Shown here in pieces: positions 10,252-22,253 of a DNA stretch of 40,190 nucleotides. The stretch lies in contig NC_057720.1 in the NCBI RefSeq assembly GCF_004010195.1, forward strand, positions 14,091,943 to 14,132,132. Direction: 5' to 3'. Under the pieces are notes generated by a model. The model did not search any database. It was not told the origin of the DNA and worked only from the letters and a program-made list of their open reading frames with translations. How positions within the stretch are numbered: position 1 is the stretch's first letter; each line of letters opens with the position of its first letter. The position numbers were made by a program, and so were the translations under genes. Origin of the DNA: Chiloscyllium plagiosum. Lineage: Eukaryota.

Positions 10252-10812
10252 GAGTCATAGAGATGTACAGCATGGAAACAGACCCTTCAGTCCAACCCGT
10301 CCATGCTGACCAGATATCCCAACCCAATCTAGTTCCACCTGCCAGCACCCAGCCCATATCCCTCCAAACTCTTCCTATTCATATACCCATCCAAATGCCT
10401 CTTAAATGTTGCAATTGTACCAGCCTCCACCACATCCTCTGGCAGCTCATTCCATACATGTACCACCCTCTGCATGAAAACGGTGCGCCTTAGGTCTCTT
10501 TTATATCTTTCCCCTTTCACCCTAAACCTATGCCCTCTAGTTCTAGACTCCCTGACCCCAGGGAAAAGACTTTGTCCTCAACTCCTGTATTCAAACTCTG
10601 ACCAATAAAGGAAAGCATACCAAATGCCTTCTTCACTATCCTATCTACCTGCAACTCTACTTTCAATGAGCTATGAACCTGCACTCCAAGGTCTCTTTGT
10701 TCAGCAACACTCCCTAGGACCTTACCATTAAGTGTATAAGTCCTGCTAAGATTTGCTTTCCCAAAATGCAGCACCTCGTATTTGTCTGAATTAAACTCCG
10801 TCTGCCACTTCT
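10252..10812 (-). mobile_element. CR1 3' fragment with internal deletion near 10577
   Basis: Translations KWQTEFNSDKYEVLHFGKAN...EQRDLGVQVHSSLKV and FMQRVVHVWNELPE, plus (ctctatga) tail. Confidence 0.9.
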
Positions 10813-11039
10813 CAGTCTTCCAGAGAGAAGACAACTTCGGAGTCACTGTCACATTCCCAGGAAGGGGGCTTGGCAGGAGAAGGGACCCAAGATTGTTTGG
10901 CTGTTGTGAGCAACCCCCCCCCCCCTCCCCACCACCACCATTCCCTCGTTGCCGTATATGGTTCACAGTCTCATCCTTCATGGCTCCAGTTTGGGAAATC
11001 AGTTATGATTTCAGAATCCACTGTATCACTTCATTCATT

Positions 11040-12095
11040 GATTCTGCTCCGCCATTCAATGGCATCATGGCTGATCTGATAGCCCTCAACTCCACTGTCC
11101 TGGCCTTTTCAACATAACCCTTGATTGTCTTACTGATTGAAATCAGTCTATCCTTGAATTTACCTAATAACCCAGCCTTGACAGCCTCCTATGGTAAAGA
11201 CTTCTACAGATTCACTCCTCTCTGAGAGAAGCAATTCTTCCTCATCGCTGTCTCAAAATGTGTGACCACTTATTCCGAAATATTGCCCTCTGGTCCTATA
11301 CTCTTTCATAAAGGGAAACAACCTTTCCCCATCTGCCCTGTCAAGTCCCTAAGTATCTTATATATTTCAATAAGGTCAGATCTCTACATTCCAACAAGCA
11401 CAAGTCCGATCAATTCAAATTCTCCTCAGGAGGCAGTCCATGTATACCTGGTATCAGCCTAGTAAACCTTTCTGGATGGCCTCCAGATTCTATTTTTCAT
11501 AGAATCTCTACAGTGTGGAAGTAGGCCCATTGAGTCCAGACTGACCCTCTGAAGAACATCCTGCTTGGACCCGCTGCCATACCCTATCCCAGTAACTCTG
11601 CATTTCCCACAGTTAATCCACCAAGCCTGCACCTCCTTGGACACTATAGACAGTTTGGCATGGCATCCACCTAACCTGCACATCTTTGGATGGTGGGAGG
11701 AAACCGGAGCACGCGGAGGAGACCCACACAGACCCAGGGACAATGCACAAACTCCACACAGACAGTTACCCAAGGCTGGAATCGAACCCAGGTCCCTGAC
11801 GCTATGAGGCAGCAGTGCTAACCACTGAGGCACTGTGCCACCATAGATAAGAGGCCTAAAACTATTCGCAGTATCCCAGTTGTGGTCCGACCTGTATAGT
11901 TTTAGCAAATCCTCCCTACTTTTATACTCTTTTCGAATCAAAGGCCAAGATTTCATTTGCCTTCTGAATACTGCCTGTATTTGGATGCTAATGTTTTCTG
12001 ATTTTTGGACGAGTTCTTCCCAATCCCTCTGTTTGGTAACCTTCTACAGTCTTTCTCCATTTAAAAAATATACACCCCCACTATTCTTCCTACCC
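11040..12095 (-). mobile_element. Old CR1 fragment interrupted by an HE1 SINE
   Basis: ctgctccgccattcaat...atcatggctgatctg tail. Upstream part translates EYKSREDLLKLYR. Confidence 0.7.
11498..11842 (-). mobile_element. HE1-type V-SINE (older subfamily)
   Basis: Reverse-complement A and B boxes and V-core. Confidence 0.88.
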
Positions 12096-12544
12096 GATAG
12101 TGTTTCTTCCTCCACCTCCTCTCTGTCTGGGATTTCAGCCTCCTACACCACTGCCTGGCCAGGTGGCAGTTATTGGGTGTTTGAAAGCATAAGAACATGA
12201 GGGAAAAAGGGTCGGAAATCAGTGCTGCCTGCTTACACCATCGTTCTGTCGCAAGTCATAAACGATGATGAGATGAATGTAAAATACGATGTGCATCCCA
12301 CAGCAATATCCCACCATCCTCAATGTTTTCAGTATGACAATTGCTCCAGTTATTCCCAATTCCCACTCCTCAATGAGTGTGGAGGGCCAGCCTCCTGCTA
12401 ACTTGCTGCCCCCGCCCATCTATTCTATGCCTCCTTGTTCCCTGCAAAAGAGAGGAAACTTGCCCAAGAGGGAATGCAACAAAGATTCACCAAACTATTT
12501 CCTGGGATGAAGGGATTGGTAAATGAGGAATGCTCATGCAAGGG

Positions 12545-13212
12545 GAGATGGTGGTGTCGAGGTAACATCGCTGAACTGTTCATAAAACTGGACTAATTAT
12601 TCAGTGGCTCGGATGAAGATGTGGGTTCCAATCCTAACAGAGCAGGTGCATAAATTTCAATTCATTGATCAATTTGATATTAACAGCTAACCTAATGGTG
12701 CCAATGAAATTATTTTTGCCCAAACCCCATCTGGTTCACCAATGTTCTTTAGGGAAGGAAATTTGCTCATCAAGACCCAGGTTTTTAATTTTCCCTTCAC
12801 TTGAAGTTGGGATGGGATTTGGAGAGAGTGAAGCTGATAGATACAGATCTATACCTTCTGCAGAAAAAGAACTTGCATACTCTCTCTGCTGCTATAGAGT
12901 TTTATTTTCATTTTTTCCTCACTCCATAACTGAAGGTAGCGGGTTAAAAAGATTAATCTGTGTTGATGGGAGCAAAAACAGAAAAAACTGGAAAAACACA
13001 TCAGGGTTGGCAACATCTCTGGAGAGTAACCAGAGTTAAATTTGCCTTCCTAGTCAGGTACATGTGACTCCAGACCGACAGAAATAGTATTGACTCTGAA
13101 TTGCCCTCTGAAATGACTGGCTAAGCCAGTCTGTTCAAGGGGCACGTAGAGATAGGCTAGAAATGCAGACCTTTGTGCTGACATCTATATCACATGAAAG
13201 ATTAAACAAAAT
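12545..13212 (+). mobile_element. Old tRNA-derived SINE split by about 270 bp that includes a PLE tail (12945-13040, minus)
   Basis: gtgggttccaatcc...ccatctggttcaccaatgttctttagggaaggaaatttgc, resuming at ...tacatgtgactccagacc...tgccctctgaaatg. Confidence 0.6.
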
Positions 13213-13302
13213 AAAATTGAATATATCAGGCCTTCATTCTTTAGAGCTCAGAGGAATGAGAAGGAATCTCATTCAATCATGTTGAACCCTGAAAAGGCTC
13301 AA

Positions 13303-13810
13303 CATAGGAACAGGACCAGTCCACTCAGACCCTCAAGCCTGCTCCGCCATTCAATAAGATGTGGCTGATCTGTGGCCTATCTCCATATACCTGCCTTCAG
13401 CCCATATTCTTTGCTTAATAAAAATCTGTCTGCCTCAGATTTAAATTTAACAATTGAATTAGCACCGACCGCCATTTGAAGAAGAGAGTTCCAAACCTCC
13501 ACTAGAGCTATAGAGTCATAGAGATGTACAGCATAGAAACAGACCTTTCCTGGCCCTAACTCTTAGACTATGTTCACTGGTTTGAGACTTTTCAAAAATC
13601 TTTATCTACCCTATCTTTCCCTGTTAATATACAGAAGACCATAATTCAATTACCCCTTAGCCTACTAAATTTGAGAGAGTAAAGGCCTAATATGTCTAAT
13701 ATCTCCTCATAACTTAACACCTGAAATCCAAATATCACCCTTGTAAATACAGTTTTGAAGTTTTCCAGGGCCAAAATATCCTTCCTAAGATGTGCCCAGA
13801 TCTGTTCACC
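13303..13810 (-). mobile_element. Old CR1 3' fragment with a small younger CR1 tail inserted (13505-13547)
   Basis: gcctgctccgccattcaataagat... tail, with nested tagagtcatagagatgtacagcatagaaacagacc. Confidence 0.7.
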
Positions 13811-13841
13811 AGACATTTACCTGGGATTCTTAATTACTAGT

Positions 13842-14322
13842 TAGAGATGTAGAGTCATACAGCACGGAAACAGACTCTTTGGTCCAACCAGTCCATGCTG
13901 AACATAATCCCAAGCAAAACTAGTCCCACTTGCCTGCTCCTGACCCATATCCCTCCAAACCTTTCCTCTTCATGTATCTATCATGTTTTAAACGGTGTAT
14001 TTGTACCCATATCCACCACTTTCTCAGGAAGTTCATTCCACACACAAACCACCCCCTGCGTAAAATAAATTACCTCTTATGTCTTTTTTAAATCTCTCTC
14101 CTCTTGCCTTAAAAATGTGCCACCTCATCTTGAAATCCCCCATCCTAGGTAAAAGACAACTACCATTAACTCTATTGATACCTCTTATTGTTTTATAAAC
14201 TTCTGCCAGATCTTCTTTCAGCCTCCTACGCTCCAGTGAAAAAAACCCCAGCCGTTCTTTATAATTCAAACCTTCCATACTCGGCAACATCCTGGTAATT
14301 CTCTTCTGAGCCATCTCCAGTG
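13842..14322 (-). mobile_element. CR1 3' fragment
   Basis: Translation LEMAQKRITRMLP.MEGLNYKERLGFFSLERRRL plus tail. Confidence 0.9.
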
Positions 14323-14532
14323 TCATCAGCAAATCTGGATATTTGACTTTTTTATGCCTTTTTCCAAGTTGTTAATGAATATTATGAATAATTAAGGCAC
14401 TAATCACAGATCCCAACACATCCTGCCAATTTGAGTACTTGCCTACTATTCCAACAGGATATAGAAATAGTAGGGGAGAGGAAAGGGTAGACTGAGAGGG
14501 GTGGGGTTGGAGGATTCCAGAACAATGGAACA

Positions 14533-15030
14533 AAGGATTCAGAAAAGATCTGCAAGGATTTTGCTAGAGTTGGAGGGTTTGAGCTACAGAGAGAGAGAGA
14601 GGTTGAACAGGCTGGGGATGTTTTCCCTGGAGCGTCAGAGGCTGAGGGATGACCTTATAGAGGTTTATAAAACCATGAGGGGCATGGGTAGGATAAATAG
14701 GCAAGGTCTCTTCCCTGGGGTGGGGGAGTCCAGAACTTGAGGGCATACGTTCAGGGTGAGAGGGGAAAGATATAAAAGGGACCTAAGGGGCAACTTTTTC
14801 ACGCAGAGGGTGATGTGTGTATGGAATGAGCTGCCAGAGGAAGTGGTGGAGGCTGTTACAATTACAACATTTAAAAATCTTCTGGATGGGTATATGAATG
14901 GGAATGGTTTAGAGGGATGTGGGGCAAGTGCTGGCAAAAGGGACTAGAGTAGGTTAGGATATCTGATAACTATGGACGAGTTGGACCGAAGGGTTTCTTT
15001 CCGTGATGTACATCTCTGTGACTCTATGAC
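14533..15030 (+). mobile_element. CR1 3' fragment
   Basis: Translations RLNRLGMFSLERQRLRDDLIEVYK and NFFTQRVMCVWNELPE, with (ctctatga) tail. Confidence 0.9.
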
Positions 15031-15544
15031 CTTTTCAGAAAATGGACAGATTGGTTGGAGGAGGCATTTCTTCACTTACAAGGTACAAAGAATCTTGGGA
15101 TTCTCAACCTATCAGGGCTGCAGAGGATCAGTTCATTCAGTAAATTCAAAACTGTGACTGATAGATTTCTAGATATTGAAAACATCAAGGATAAGTCCAA
15201 GAAAATAGACTTGAAATGGAATCTCAGCCATGATCTCATTGAATGGTGAGCAAAGAGATCAAATGGTCCACTGTGATCACTATTCCTTCGGTTCTACTGA
15301 GTGGGGTACCACATGCTTCAATTATGTGCCTGGACAGTTGAATAGTTGAATTAACAATATGTGTAAACTGTGAGAGGCAGGTGTGAGTATTGCAACAGTG
15401 TTAAGTGTGCATGGGTGAGGTCAAGTACATGAATGCAAGGTTTGAATCATGACTGATTGAGATTGTTGGTGCATTTAGTGGTGCATGAGGCTGTTCATTC
15501 TGTTGATGGAATATAGTATTTGAGGCACATGTAAACCTTTTTAA

Positions 15545-15945
15545 TCTGTCCTTGTGGTGTGAGCATCATTGGCAAGGCCATCATTCATTGTCTTATCTCC
15601 AGTTTGCAATCTGAAGGTGGTGGTGAGCTGCTTTCTGGAACTGCTGTACTTCATCTGTCATACGTACCCCACAGCGCCCTGAGGAGTAGCGTTCCAGAAT
15701 TTTGACTCACCAACAATGAATGAATGACAATATGTTTCCAAGTCAGGATGATGCCTGGCTTGGAGAGGAATTTGCAAATGTTGGCATTTTCAGGCGTGAG
15801 GTGCCTTTGTCCTTCTTGGTGGTGGAGGTTGCAGCTTTGTTGAAAGAGTCTCGGTGAATTGTTGCAGAGCATTCTGTAGACATGCAGGGGTGGAGAGAGT
15901 AAATGTTGAAGGTGGTGGATGGAGTGTAGCTCTGCACTACATCCA
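15545..15945 (-). mobile_element. Old non-LTR LINE (CR1/L2 group) 3' fragment
   Basis: gaaggtggtggtgagctgc...ttccagaattttgac...ttccaagtcaggatg, homologous to 24400-24830 and 31540-31990. Confidence 0.65.
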
Positions 15946-16279
15946 GCTCCTCACTGCCTGACTGGCATTGAAGCCCTCTGACACCAACTCCACTGCCTTC
16001 CCAGTAAGTGACATCCAAGAACATTGGGGCAGGGTTTCTGTCCTGTTACACTACTCCTGTATGCTATTCCTCTTGGCCAGGCAATCTTGTTAAAGCTGTT
16101 TCTGTCCCTCCTGCAGCCAGGGTGTACCTAGCCCTTACAAAGTGCAGTTTGATTTTAATTAATACACACTAGCTTTAAATGTTGCTGTTACAGAGATCAT
16201 TATAGTGCATACATTAAAAAAAAACATTTGTGGGAACTCCCAAGAGTCAGACAATAGCCAGCCTTAGGTAAGCCTACAT

Positions 16280-16594
16280 GCGGCACAGTGGCTCACAGCG
16301 CCAGGGACCCAGGTTCGATTCCAGCCTCGACCAACTATCTGTGTGGAGTTTGCACATTCTCCCCGTGCCTGTGTGGGTTTCCTCTGGGTGCTCCGGTTTC
16401 CTCCCACAGTCCAAAGATGTGCCCTTTAGATGGATTGGCAGCACTAATTGCCATTCGTGTTCCAAGGATGTGCCGGCTAGATAGATTAGCCATGGGAAGC
16501 GCAGGGTTACGGATAGGGGTAGGGGGTGCGTTTGGAGGGTCGGTGTGGACCCGCTGGGCCAAATGGCCTGCTTCCATGCTGTAGGGATTCTATA
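16280..16594 (+). mobile_element. HE1-type V-SINE (small deletion in tRNA head)
   Basis: B box GGTTCGATTCC, V-core and tail. Confidence 0.88.
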
Positions 16595-16866
16595 ATTAGG
16601 TAAGGCAGAGACTGAGATGCAGTACACTAAGAAAGGAGACAGTACTTTCTGTCAACAGTGCAGGAGAGAACCACTAGTCCCAAAACTGATGGCAGCCTAA
16701 TACGTGAGGATTAATCAACTCAGGGTTGTATCAGTAAAGACAGATCAACCCAGCATGCAGCCACTTAGCAGCACATTTTGTACTTCCCATTATCCTGTTT
16801 ATCACCTTTTCTCTCATTATAAATTCCAATGTACACATATATTACGCTTTTCGTCTGTGAACTTAC

Positions 16867-16955
16867 CCGTCTAATTGTACCATCTGGCCACAATTCTGTA
16901 CAAAATGCTTTCTGATTGTTTTTAATCACCACCTTTTTCTGAATAACTGAAATTG
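16867..16955 (-). CDS. Candidate internal coding exon of an unidentified host gene
   Basis: Acceptor tttctttttgatgtcAG, donor CGG|GTAAGT, 89 nt, one open frame (x)ISVIQKKVVIKNNQKAFCTELWPDGTIRR, in non-repeat DNA. Confidence 0.3.
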
Positions 16956-17099
16956 CTGACATCAAAAAGAAAGGTTTGAGCAAAATTTTTGAAAAGCACA
17001 TTTTACAGTAACATGCATCCATTAAATTTGTCATTTATCTTTTTAATGACTCCATCTTAAAGTTTTCATCTGATGCCTTCAATCCCTCACTAGAGGAGA

Positions 17100-17440
17100 G
17101 AGCAGTAATGTCATCAGTGATACAGAGGGCTAAGGCTGCAGTGAGAAGGGTTCAAATCCCACTATGGGAGCTGGAGGAATTTAAATTCAGTTGACAAAAC
17201 GTGGAATTGAAAGGTAGTCTCGGTGATAGTAACCATGACTACCATCATTGTTTGTCATGAAAATGCATCAGGCTCATTCATGACCTTTAGAAAAGAAAAT
17301 CTGCCATCCTCACCTGGTCTGGCCTACATGTGACTCCAAGCCCACGGCAATGAGGCCCAGCATGTCATTTGGTTCAAGTGTATTCAGGGATTGGCAACAA
17401 ATGCTGGTATGTAACACACACATCCCAAGAAAAAATTAAA
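17100..17440 (+). mobile_element. Old tRNA-derived SINE
   Basis: B box gggttcaaatccc, body aatctgccatcctcacctggtctggcctacatgtgactcca, tail ggcaacaaatgctgg shared with the old LINE family. Confidence 0.7.
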
Positions 17441-17650
17441 CAAAAGCCAGCCAGATTTTGTCCTGTCATTGCGGTTCTGGCAGGTAAATTTAAATTGTGC
17501 AAATTGGGTATGTGTGATGTAGGTAATTTGTTAACATTCATCTGGGCTATTCCAGCCAGATACACTGGTAAAATACTCCAGCAAAGTTATCTGAGGAAAA
17601 ATATTACAATATTTTTATTCAGGTAAAATTTGTCAGCCACATTTATAAAT

Positions 17651-17766
17651 AAACCATTGCTGATGAAGGTTGATTTTCCTGCTCCTCGGATGCTGCCTGA
17701 CCTGCTGTGCTTTTCCAGCACTACACTATCGACTCTGATCTCCAGCACCTGCAGTCCTCACTTTCT
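17651..17766 (+). mobile_element. Mini PLE-derived insertion with partly deleted hammerhead and 14-bp TSD
   Basis: CTGATGAAGG followed by the PLE tail. Flanked by CCACATTTATAAAT at 17637-17650 and 17767-17780. Confidence 0.85.
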
Positions 17767-18243
17767 CCACATTTATAAATCAGGAGAGCATGGGTGTGTT
17801 TAGGAGTGAGCTGGAGTATGTGAATGTGAGAAAAGAGGCGACAGTTACATACGCTGTTGCATGTGCTGTTATTTGTACTTTGAAGTTTCCAAACTTTAAA
17901 ACTCCAAGCCTTAAGCTCTGCGAAAGACAATGGTTTTTTTTTTCATTGCAACTAATTTAATTTTTCAGACACAATTTTAGTTGAATTTTGATGCAGCTTG
18001 TAATTATTTCACCTGCTATGCTTACAGTCAGTGAATGTAAATATATTAAAAGCTAATAGAGGGAGACATACAAACTGTCTCATCTCATGTAATTTGTTTT
18101 TATATTTAAAAGATGTACAATTTAAGGTCTGAAAGCTAAGATTACCAGGTACTGAGTCACAATACTTGCAATGTCTCGAGCAGAAACAGAAAGACAGGGA
18201 TAGATATGGGCACAAAGGTCGATATCCAGAAGTGAATTACGAA

Positions 18244-18570
18244 ACATGGTGGTTCAGTGGTTAGCACTGCTGCCTCACAGCACCAGAGACACAGGTTCAA
18301 TTCCAACCTTGGACAACTGACTGTGTGGAGTTTGCACATTCTCCCCGTGTCTGCGTGGGTTTCCTCCAGGTGCTCCGGTTTCCTCCCACAGTCACAAAGA
18401 TGTGCAGGTCAGGTGGATTGGCCATGCTAAATTGCCCGTAGTGTTAGGTTCATTAGTCAGGGATAAGTATAGTGTTGGGGAATGGGTCTGGTGTGTTACT
18501 CTTTGGATGGTCGATGTGGACTTGTTGGGCCAAAGGGCCTGTTTTCACACTGTAGGGCTTCTAATTCTAA
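18244..18570 (+). mobile_element. HE1-type V-SINE
   Basis: A and B boxes, V-core and tail. Confidence 0.9.
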
Positions 18571-18699
18571 AACACCACATTAAGTATTTAAGGGAAATTA
18601 TTCGAAAGTTATAAAACAGATAAGGCTGGACATGAAATCCCACCCTCCTCCTCCCTGCCAACCAATGCTGTAAGGCCTCTGCCTCTCCGAAAATGCTGA

Positions 18700-19700
18700 T
18701 AGTCAATAGGAACAGATTAAATTTAATGCAGTGAAGTGTTGAAGTAATGTATTTTGGTCGGAAAAAATGAGGATAGGCGAAATGAAATAAAGGATAGAAT
18801 TCTAAAGGAGATGCAGAGAGACCTGGCTGTATATGTACACAAATCAGTGAAGGTTGAGGAAGTGGACAACAAGGCATTAAGGATTTTGGGCTAGACAATT
18901 AATACCCATTGAAAGGTATTTTTCCTGCATTTCCAGGTCAGGGGTGGTGGGGGTGGGACGTGGAAGATGGTGGTGGGCGGGGTTTGGCGAGATGGTTGGA
19001 GGCTCACCATGCTGGAGCAAGCAATCGCCAGGTTTCCGAGGGATCCATAGTTCAAAAGCGATCTGAACCTGATTGAGAGGTTTGGCAATGGGAAAGCAGG
19101 AGGTCCCCTGCCTTTAACACTAATACACTTCCACTTCTGACCATGCGATATCCCTCTTGCCGTTATGTTCCTGTCCTGGGTCCATGGCAATCCTGAGTGG
19201 GTGTCATACCAGCAGCAGACACAGCCCACTGTGGTCGTGCTGCTGAGTACAAAAGAGCTGCCTGCCTCTGATTGAGCCTTCTGTCGCCAGGATCTTTAAG
19301 CCACCAATGGCCTGAGTCCACTCAAGTCCTGAGTGGTAGCAGGTATCCAGGGCCTTTTCAAAAATAGCTGACTTGGGGGGTTGCGGGGGTCTCACTGGAT
19401 CTCCAATGAGATGTCCATCATCTCCACAAGGGTCTCTCCAAGGATAACAAAGCAAGGAGGTGATGGTGAACCTGTATAAAATATTAATTCACCCTCAACT
19501 GGAGAACTGTGTCCAATTTTGGGCACAACAAGGAGATGAAAGCATCAGAAAGGGTGCAAGAAAGATTCTTCATGATAATTCATTAAGATAGATTCTCTTC
19601 AGGAGAGAGGTGGTTGAAAGGAGATTTGTTCAAAATTATGAGGCATCTGGACAGAATAAAGCAACAACCCATGTGCGGGGCGGGGGGGCTTGGTGGGATG
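18700..19700 (+). mobile_element. Old CR1 fragment split by an unclassified GC-rich insert (about 18905-19440)
   Basis: tttaatgcagtgaagtgttgaagtaatgtattttgg (FN..KCEVMHFG-like), resuming at aacaaagcaaggaggtgatggtgaacctgtataaa...caactggagaactgtgtccaattttgggcac. Confidence 0.6.
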
Positions 19701-20484
19701 TCCCTTTAAGATCAAAATGGGCTAGGGAGTATGCTGAAAGAGGGTTAATTATTTTTCTAATTCTGAAATTATTAGGTTCCCAGAAATGCCCATAAGACCT
19801 GAGGTTGTGTTGAGGATGAATAGCTAAGAAACAAAAGGTAAACAGAATGTGAATTGCAGTGGGGTTGGGTGTGCCAGTAGCCTTTGTTCGACAGCTCCAA
19901 ATACACTAAAGAAATTATGTAAGGAGGAAATAAACAAATGGCGCAGTTTATTTTTGCTTTGTCTTGTTTGAACATATCTTGATGTTGAAACACATCTCTC
20001 AGAATATAGCAAAAGACTGTGTTACTGTGTGTGTGCTATACAGCTGAGGACAGCAGATATCAGAAGACAAGAAGGGCATCAGATCATATATCAAAACAAT
20101 GTCCATTGCTAACGTTCCAGTGTTTCCACAGCATCCCCTTCTGTGCTGGAATCAGTCCATAATTCCAGATAGCCCAACTTTATGTTTAATCCCCCTTTTC
20201 CGACAAAAGTCATCATAGGATTCTCCAACCTCCCCTCCCTTCACGACTCTGTCAAAGCTTAGTAATTCTTTTGAAACACTATCGCTGTTAGGATTCCACA
20301 CTCTGTACACTTCAGCTCAAACAAATCTCTACAGCATACATCCCACACAAATATCCCACTCACCCTTCTCCCCAGTTCTCACCTAAAATTTCGATCCCTT
20401 TCTCTGTAGCCTGCTCCAGCTTTAGACTTACTATTCCCTACCACCCGCAACCACATATCTCCCTCATGCCATCCCTGAACTCAT

Positions 20485-20885
20485 TAGAATTTAGAAGGTT
20501 GAGGGGAGATCTAATATAAACTTACAGGATAATGCATGGCTTAGGAAGAGTGGATGCTGGGAATTTGTTTCCATTAGGCAGGAAGACTAGGACACATGGG
20601 CACAGCGTTAGAATTAGAGGGGTCAATTTAGAACGAAATGAAAAGACATTTCTTCAGCCAGAGAGTGGTGGTCCTGTGGAATTCATTACCACAGAGCGCA
20701 GTGAAGGCCGAGACGTTAAATGTCATCAAAGCAGAGATGGATAAATTCTTGATCTCGCAAGGAATTAAGGGCTACGGGGAGAGTGCAGATAAGTGGAGTT
20801 GAAATGCCCATCAGCCATGAGTAAATGGCAGAGTGGACTCGATGGGCTGAATGGCCTTACTTCTACTTCTATGTCTTATGGTCTA
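20485..20885 (+). mobile_element. CR1 3' fragment
   Basis: ttagaatttagaaggttgaggggagatctaat...agagagtggtggtcctgtggaattca, ending in cttatggtct tail. Confidence 0.85.
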
Positions 20886-21479
20886 ACTCTGCTACACTGA
20901 TTCTGGTCCTGTGTGCATCCCCCTCCCACTGCCCTTCCTGGAGTCCACCATTGCCCTCTATACATCAGCTGCCATGACATGTGTATTTTCTTACATGCTG
21001 CAGTGTTACAGAGAGGATTACCTCTATGTAAAGTACTTTGGAATGATTTCCTATAAGCAATAAAAATAATGTTTTTCCTTGTAATGTGTTATCGGTGCAC
21101 AACAGCAGAAAATACAAATTTTTTGCATTATTTTCAAGACCATACTGGATGAAAATATTTAGATGACTCTATTTGCTAGCTTTGACTGTGAAAGTTGCAT
21201 TGTTACAATGATGGCTGTGAATAAAGATGAAGGGAGAGGAGTCAACTGAAGGAATGCATAATGTATGGGTCCAATTTTTTTTCTGTTTTCATCATTCAGA
21301 CTTTTTTTTCAAATCAGCAAAATAAATTACCTGTCCCTAATCTAGATACTTACATCTTAAGGTTACAGCAGAATATGTACTAATAAAACACATCATGTGA
21401 TGATTAATAGACAATATTTCATGACCAACATTGAGATTTGATAAATATCTCCACTGAGGTTGGCCAGATAATGAGATGG

Positions 21480-21619
21480 ATGGCCTCATGAGTGGAGACA
21501 TTTATCATAAGCTGGTTCTGTCCATGATATGTTCTATTTATAAACTTTTACAATGTTTTCAATTGTTAAAAGAAATGAACACTTGTAAGTCCTTTGTACT
21601 TTTATTTAACCTCAAAAAA
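21480..21619 (+). repeat. Left arm of a 140-bp inverted duplication
   Basis: Reverse complement of 23782-23921 with two substitutions seen by eye. Confidence 0.92.
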
Positions 21620-21929
21620 TAGAGGACACTGCTTTATGGTATCACTTGATCTTTTGATGTGACACAATGAGAATCTATTCATTTCCTATAACACAAGCAT
21701 TTTACAACAGTTCACATCACACTGGAAATATGCATCTTGCTTATTAACCCTGTAATGGTCAATTGATCAAGAGCTTTCCAGGTCAATTGGAGTGGCCACT
21801 TTTTTTACAATCATATCAATTTACAGCCTGCAGTGCTAATGCTCTTAAATATTATTTATTTTACTTGCGTCGGCGTCACAAGCTAACATCCATATTCTGC
21901 TCAGATTTCTTAATGTTATTAATGTGGGT

Positions 21930-22135
21930 AACCATGTGAAAATGACCAGATAACCTGTGCTAGTGATATTGTTTGAGGAATTGATATTGGGCAGGACACT
22001 GAAGAAAGACCCCACAGCTCTTCTTCAAAATAGTGCCTCAGACTCTTTTGTCTGAATAGACAGTTGGGGCCCTTGGTCTAACAAGTCCTGGCAGTTCAGA
22101 GGAAAGAATGCTACCAACTCAGCCACAGTTGACAC
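21930..22135 (-). mobile_element. Deu-domain SINE relic (SacSINE1/AmnSINE1-like)
   Basis: aatgaccagata...atattgggcaggacac...gctcttcttcaaaatagtgcc is reverse-homologous to 28570-28680. Confidence 0.65.
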
Positions 22136-22253
22136 AATGTCTAATATTGTACCTACTCATTATTGCAAAATAAATCACATGCTAGCAATATAAATGTCAT
22201 TTTTCTACTCATTAAGATAAGAATACATGCATTTACAAAATACATAGAGGTAA

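Noticed and set aside
10914..10945. Poly-C / CCA tract as a G-quadruplex element
   Set aside because: It is a short low-complexity run with no supporting context.
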